A stretch of 64,000 bases of DNA from Pristiophorus japonicus (Eukaryota), in the NCBI RefSeq assembly GCF_044704955.1, contig NC_091983.1, positions 120,838,001 to 120,902,000 on the forward strand. The letters are read 5' to 3'. Position numbers and translations under genes: made by a program. Positions 62,393 through 64,000 of this stretch are shown here, one piece after another; the stretch's first letter is position 1, and every line of letters begins with the position of its first letter. Under the pieces are notes generated by a model. That model did no database searches. It saw nothing but the letters and a program-made list of their open reading frames with translations, and was not told the origin of the DNA.

Positions 62393-63374
62393 AACAACAT
62401 AAGTGACACCCATGCTGATCTGATAGATGACAGATAAAGTGGAGATTAGAGGCACAATCCTCCAATGGAATGAGAGTGACTTGAAATGTTGTTAGTGGCT
62501 TCCGAGGTTGCAGAAATCACCTACAAACTCTTGAAAGCAAAATCTCTGCACAAAATGGTGTCAGCAAGAACCTTTCTCTTAGGCAAGGCAGCAGCTGTAA
62601 GGTCTGAGTATTTGTGTGCTTTTTTCAGCTGTTGTTTAATGAACTCCATCAATGGCCACTGCGCTTCCGCATCGTCTTCACAGGCAAGCTTTAGGAAGTC
62701 TGTGAATCCTGTGCACAAGCAGTAAAAGCTGTAACCTCAGGTTAAAAAGCCCCTTAAGGGACTCTCAACAAGCTATTAACTACTTCAATGATGTCGCCCG
62801 CCTCTCCCGAGCGGGTCCGTGACGTGCTGAGTTAAATACAGAAGAAGATGAAGTCAGGTTCCCGACGCGCTATCAATTTCAGCACTTTTAACTGCCGACC
62901 CGCTCTTGAGCCCGCACTCTCTGCAATGTAAAAATTCCAGCCCTGGACTTGATTTCAATTCTCATCAATTATATCACATCTAATATTACAGAACACCACA
63001 TTAGTGTCAAGGATCTAAACATTAGGATTGGTTCACAATCCTGGTTTAAATGAAAAAGGTGTTGCAGCGTTAGCTTAGCCAAAAAAACAAAAATGTTTTA
63101 ATAGATGAGGAAGGTTGGACAACTAAATAGACAGGAAAGCATATCTCCAAATGAAGTCGCACTAAGAAGAAAACCCACAGATATATTCAAGGATCAGTTG
63201 TAGTTGTGTGATTTGTGGACAGATGCCAAAGTCTAGTGCACGAGATTAAAAGGCAGTCTGCTTCCAGCATTGAGACCAAACTATTGTATTAACTCTTACA
63301 TAAGAAAGAATTACATGCCACATCATGCCAGCTTTGGAGAAGCTACCTTCCTCTCATTTGTTTATCTTTTTAGG

Positions 63375-63580
63375 TGCCAGCCATGGTTCAATAGCAGCAC
63401 TCTCTCCTCTGAGTCAGAAGATGGTAGGTTTGAGCCTCACTCCAGAGACTTGAGCACATAATCTAGGTTAACACTTCAGTATAGTAATGAGGAACCACAG
63501 CACTGTCAGAAGTGATTTCTTTTGGAGGAGGCATTAAACTGAGGTCCAGTCTGCTCTCTAAGAAGATTCCATGACACTGT
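63375..63580 (+). mobile_element. tRNA-headed SINE (Deu-type) 5' part
   Basis: tRNA-like head with A/B-box-like blocks (TGGTTCAATAGCAGCAC...GGTTTGAGCCTC), then CTTGAGCACATAATCTAGG. Confidence 0.6.
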
Positions 63581-64000
63581 TTTTTTAAAAAAGCACAGAA
63601 GAAGGCCACTAAGCCCATCGTATCTGTTCCAGCGATCCAAAACTAATCTCTCTTCCCTGTTCTCACTGATTGGGCTTGTATCTTCCTCTTATTTAAATAC
63701 TTATCCACCTTTCCTTTAAAATATACAATGGTCTGTCTTTATAACATTCCTATCATTATAAAACAAAACATCCTCCGACTTATGTGGGCATCACTACAGG
63801 GGATTTTCTGGCAAATATACAGGCAGGTGGAGAGGATAGTTTACTGAAGAATTCACACAAGTTAATTGGAACAAATCTCATATGATAGCTGTCATATAAT
63901 AAAGGGTTATTTCAATTAAATTTTTTGCAACAAAGGAGTATAACTACTGTGCAAGTGGATTTGCCATCCACTGTGCTTAGTGTTCTTGCAACAATCGCTG

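Larger units (their letters stand above)
58990..62943 (+). mobile_element. PIF/Harbinger non-autonomous element with a Myb/SANT gene, interrupted by CR1
   Basis: Termini AGACTGAAATTTTAC ... GTAAAAATTCCAGCCC. No transposase core seen. Confidence 0.7.

Noticed and set aside
63375-63450. tRNA gene
   Set aside because: The degenerate tRNA-like head continues directly into a SINE body.

Overview
This is repeat-dense vertebrate genomic DNA. The mix of CR1, L2, RTE, Deu-type SINE, Harbinger and Mag-type Gypsy elements suggests a cartilaginous fish such as a shark (inference). No complete host gene is visible. Most of the window is nested, decayed transposable elements: three Mag-clade Gypsy LTR elements (one full-length, two gag/protease-retaining deletion derivatives), probable solo LTRs, four PIF/Harbinger elements with intron-containing Myb/SANT genes (one with a recognisable HARBI1-type transposase core), many Harbinger-type MITEs, two TA-flanked Tigger/pogo-type MITEs, and LINE/SINE fragments. 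The most notable item is a non-autonomous hAT element (55332-56746) carrying a captured fragment matching the first coding part of tripeptidyl-peptidase II (TPP2). Also notable are a 1.67-kb insertion ending in an apparently perfect 259-bp inverted duplication, an RTE copy with a 53-bp target-site duplication, and a candidate signal-peptide exon of an unidentified host gene. All calls were made by eye; boundaries marked approximate are not base-exact.
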